DNA of 64,000 nt from Candidatus Levyibacteriota bacterium (GTDB taxonomy: Bacteria > Patescibacteriota > Microgenomatia > Levybacterales > UBA12049). Made by a program: the position numbers and the translations under genes. The stretch is taken from NCBI GenBank assembly GCA_963716145.1, contig OY970292.1, positions 1,029,404 to 1,093,403 on the forward strand, in the 5' to 3' direction. Shown here piece by piece: positions 61,576-64,000 of this stretch (positions within the stretch are counted from its first letter, which is position 1; each line of letters opens with the position of its first letter). The notes below the pieces were generated by a model. It was not told the origin of the DNA and ran no database searches. It saw nothing but the letters and a program-made list of their open reading frames with translations.

Positions 61576-62127
61576 TTATTTAAACCTCACTGGGATTATA
61601 AGTTGCTCTGCACTCTCAGGAAGATCTGAGGGATTGTTCTTCTCAAGAATCAACTTACCCTTATCAGTTTCTGAATCTTCGAATGTGATTTCTCCCTCAA
61701 AGGGAACAAATTCCTCAGTCATCCATTCACCAGTTGTAGTCATTAGTCCTGTACCTATCGGATTTCCCTTATCATCAAAAAGGGTGGCCGTGAATTGTCC
61801 CTCAAAAAACCACGTACCTCGTGCATTCCCTTTTATCTCAAGAGGGGATTTAACTATTTGCACAGGTCTGGGAGTTGTGATTTTGATTTTATCTTGAAGC
61901 TCAAGCTCATTGCCGATATTTTGGGTCAGGGTTTTACCTGATTTCGTGACACAAACAGGTGGATAACTTTCACGCACCGGATTTCCCTCTTTTACGCATT
62001 CATCAAAGGTCCCGGCCTCTTTTACCTCCGTATTATCAACTGTCGGATCTGCTGGATTTTGTGGATTGAGCCAAATGATAACCCCGCCAGCGGCTAAGAC
62101 TATAAGTACAAAAACAAACTTCCTCAT
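61576..62127 (-). CDS. Membrane-anchored Gmad2-like immunoglobulin domain protein
   Basis: TM; FDECV..G.PV.ESYP..C motif; SPL.I.G.ARG.WFFEG.F, WMT..FVPF, L.K.NPS.LPE. Confidence 0.75.
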   Translation of the reverse strand: MRKFVFVLIVLAAGGVIIWLNPQNPADPTVDNTEVKEAGTFDECVKEGNPVRESYPPVCVTKSGKTLTQNIGNELELQDKIKITTPRPVQIVKSPLEIKGNARGTWFFEGQFTATLFDDKGNPIGTGLMTTTGEWMTEEFVPFEGEITFEDSETDKGKLILEKNNPSDLPESAEQLIIPVRFK

Positions 62128-62225
62128 ATAAGTATTATACAAAACTTTTCCCACCCGCGCCGAAGTCTTCTAAGCAATATAATCTCTATTTCAAATTTTC
62201 CACAATAAGAGTATAATCTGTACAA

Positions 62226-62879
62226 ATGAAAATAGCCGCACAAGAACTCCTTAAAATTTTAACTGAAAAAGAGAAGCTTATTGGAGCAAAAGGAGAGATT
62301 AGCTTTACGCTAAATAATTTGCAGGTAAAAGTTAATGATAAAAATATTATTGGTAACATTATTCAGGACTGGTTAGCGCAATGGTTTAGGCATAATTCTA
62401 TTGATTTTTCAGAAGCATCAAGCACTCAGGAGTTTCCCGATTTTTATTTAAACGGAAAAGATCTCACCTCTGGGCTATTAGAGATCAAGGCATTCGATAC
62501 GAGCGCAAGCGCAAATTTCGATATAGCCAATTTTGAATCATACTGTAGTTCTTTAGTAGATAATCCATTTAGAATTAACGCTGATTATCTGATTTTCGGT
62601 TATACACTAATGAATGGTGAATTATGTATAAATAATATTTGGCTCAAAAAGATTTGGGAAATCTCTGGGCCAAGTGCGGCATATCCAGTCAAAGTGCAGC
62701 AAAAAAGAAACATGATTTATAACTTACGACCAATAACATGGTATTCAACTGTTGCTCGATCAGCAAAACCCTTCAAAAATAAAGAAGAATTTATTCATGC
62801 TTTGAGTAAGACATTGTTGCAGTATGAGAAGACTGCAAGTGCGTCTATAAAGTGGTTAAGTCAGGTGCTTGAACAGTAG
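62226..62879 (+). CDS. Type II restriction endonuclease, NgoBV/NlaIV-like (predicted GGNNCC)
   Basis: IGNIIQDWL, QEFPDF...LEIK PD-(D/E)XK core, NFDIANF, YLIFGY, IWLKKIWEI; convergent with a C5 MTase. Confidence 0.75.
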   Translation: MKIAAQELLKILTEKEKLIGAKGEISFTLNNLQVKVNDKNIIGNIIQDWLAQWFRHNSIDFSEASSTQEFPDFYLNGKDLTSGLLEIKAFDTSASANFDIANFESYCSSLVDNPFRINADYLIFGYTLMNGELCINNIWLKKIWEISGPSAAYPVKVQQKRNMIYNLRPITWYSTVARSAKPFKNKEEFIHALSKTLLQYEKTASASIKWLSQVLEQ

Positions 62880-64000
62880 AGTATTTACTGGTCGGAATAT
62901 CCGGTTGGATTAAGCTTTTTATTATTTTTTCAGCGACAGCCTCGATTACGTTAACTACTACAGTATTTCCTAGTAGGTCAAAGCCATCTTTTTCGGAAAT
63001 TTCTAGCTTGAAATTTTCAGGAAATCCAAAGAGTCTTAGTCCTTCTCTTAACGATAGCTTTCTGAGTCCATTTCCATCTGGTACTACTAGCCTTTCTACA
63101 TCAGTTGCAACAAGGGTAGGTGCAATATCTTTTGGGTCAAGTATTTTATTAACCTCGTAGCTTAATTTACCAGTAACGATATTGTACCCCTTTTCTATAT
63201 TCGGATTGTGCTTTCTTGATTGAATTTGATTTCCAAATAAATCAGTTTCCGTAACTATGTCTTTGGGATGTTCGAATCTTAAATACCCTTTATTTACAAG
63301 GTCTTCTAGCAATTCCTTAAGATTAGGGAGATTAATTACAGACATGATCTCATTATGCGTTAATGGCATTCCATCCATCCATTTCATTCCTTTTTTTTCT
63401 GCCCAGTGTTTTTTCCTTCTCTCTTTGAGTAGTGAGTTCAAAATGTGCTTCTGCTGTTTAGTAATTGGTCCTTTCAACTCTAAATCCCAACCGTGGATAT
63501 TACTATCTCCCCCTCGCTTGTCTTTCACTGATTTTCCATATAAGTCTTTTAAACTGTATTTATTCATTAGGTTTTTAACGAAAGGTGTTTCAAGAGTTGG
63601 TAAACCCTTTTCCAATATCATAGCTAACGTAGTCGTATTTTTGGTAGCGAAATCTAATCGAACAGTTTTTTTAAGAGTTCCAACAATGTATATGCGTTTT
63701 CTGCTTTGAGCTACGCCAAAATATTTAGAATCTAGCAAGGCCCAACTAGTCTTATATCCTAGGTCATTCAGTTTAGTAATTATTGTTTCAAGCGTCCGGC
63801 CCATTCTCTTTGTTTTATCTACGCGATCGTGCATTACTAACCCTTCAACATTTTCAAGCAAAAAACCTATTGGTTTTTTTTCTTTAAGAATTCTTTCAAC
63901 TTCAAAGAACATTGTACCTCTGGTATCTATGAAGCCTTTGCGTTTACCACCTGCGCTAAATGGTTGGCAAGGAAATCCCGCAAGGAGAAAATCAAAGTCA
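62845..64000 (-). CDS. DNA (cytosine-5) methyltransferase, M.NlaIV/M.NgoBV-like; 5' end lies outside the window
   Basis: DFLLAGFPCQPFS (window edge), LENV, QSRKRIY, RLFGFP, LGN; TRD DKRGG..NIH.WD..WMDGMPLT. Confidence 0.9.
   Translation of the reverse strand, partial: DFDFLLAGFPCQPFSAGGKRKGFIDTRGTMFFEVERILKEKKPIGFLLENVEGLVMHDRVDKTKRMGRTLETIITKLNDLGYKTSWALLDSKYFGVAQSRKRIYIVGTLKKTVRLDFATKNTTTLAMILEKGLPTLETPFVKNLMNKYSLKDLYGKSVKDKRGGDSNIHGWDLELKGPITKQQKHILNSLLKERRKKHWAEKKGMKWMDGMPLTHNEIMSVINLPNLKELLEDLVNKGYLRFEHPKDIVTETDLFGNQIQSRKHNPNIEKGYNIVTGKLSYEVNKILDPKDIAPTLVATDVERLVVPDGNGLRKLSLREGLRLFGFPENFKLEISEKDGFDLLGNTVVVNVIEAVAEKIIKSLIQPDIPTSKYSTVQAPDLTTL

Overview
AT-rich bacterial chromosomal window using genetic code 11. 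Gene content and style suggest Patescibacteria/CPR, probably Microgenomates-like (inference): C-terminally short AlaRS, Lon-like ATPase without a protease domain, sortase, archaeal-type AMP phosphorylase and many near-leaderless genes. Housekeeping genes include gnd/pgl, rnj, ftsK, mltG, alaS, glgA/glgP, corA, prfB, secA, serS, rpsT, murJ and groES/EL. There is a ~17.5 kb de novo purine cluster (purF-purN fusion, purD, purL, purQ, two purP-like genes, purH, purB, purK, purE, purC, purM), a YhhQ/DHFR-like/CofE-like trio, several surface proteins and an NgoBV/NlaIV-like (GGNNCC) restriction-modification pair at the right edge. Best leads: (1) a four-helix-bundle (IVP/bAvd-like) gene wrapped in periodic inverted-repeat arms, plus gene-less 7-nt-periodic hairpins between genes and a heptamer array inside purL; (2) an unannotated leaderless 32-codon leader ORF whose stop codon lies in an intrinsic terminator just before the pur operon, resembling a pyrL-type attenuator; (3) an unannotated 15-aa Lys/Ala peptide gene with its own promoter, Shine-Dalgarno and terminator; (4) a ~420-nt highly structured intergenic element; (5) most single-base frameshifts fall at GGNNCC, the predicted target of the window's own methylase, so they are probably sequencing artefacts. 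No rRNA, tRNA or CRISPR array was seen.
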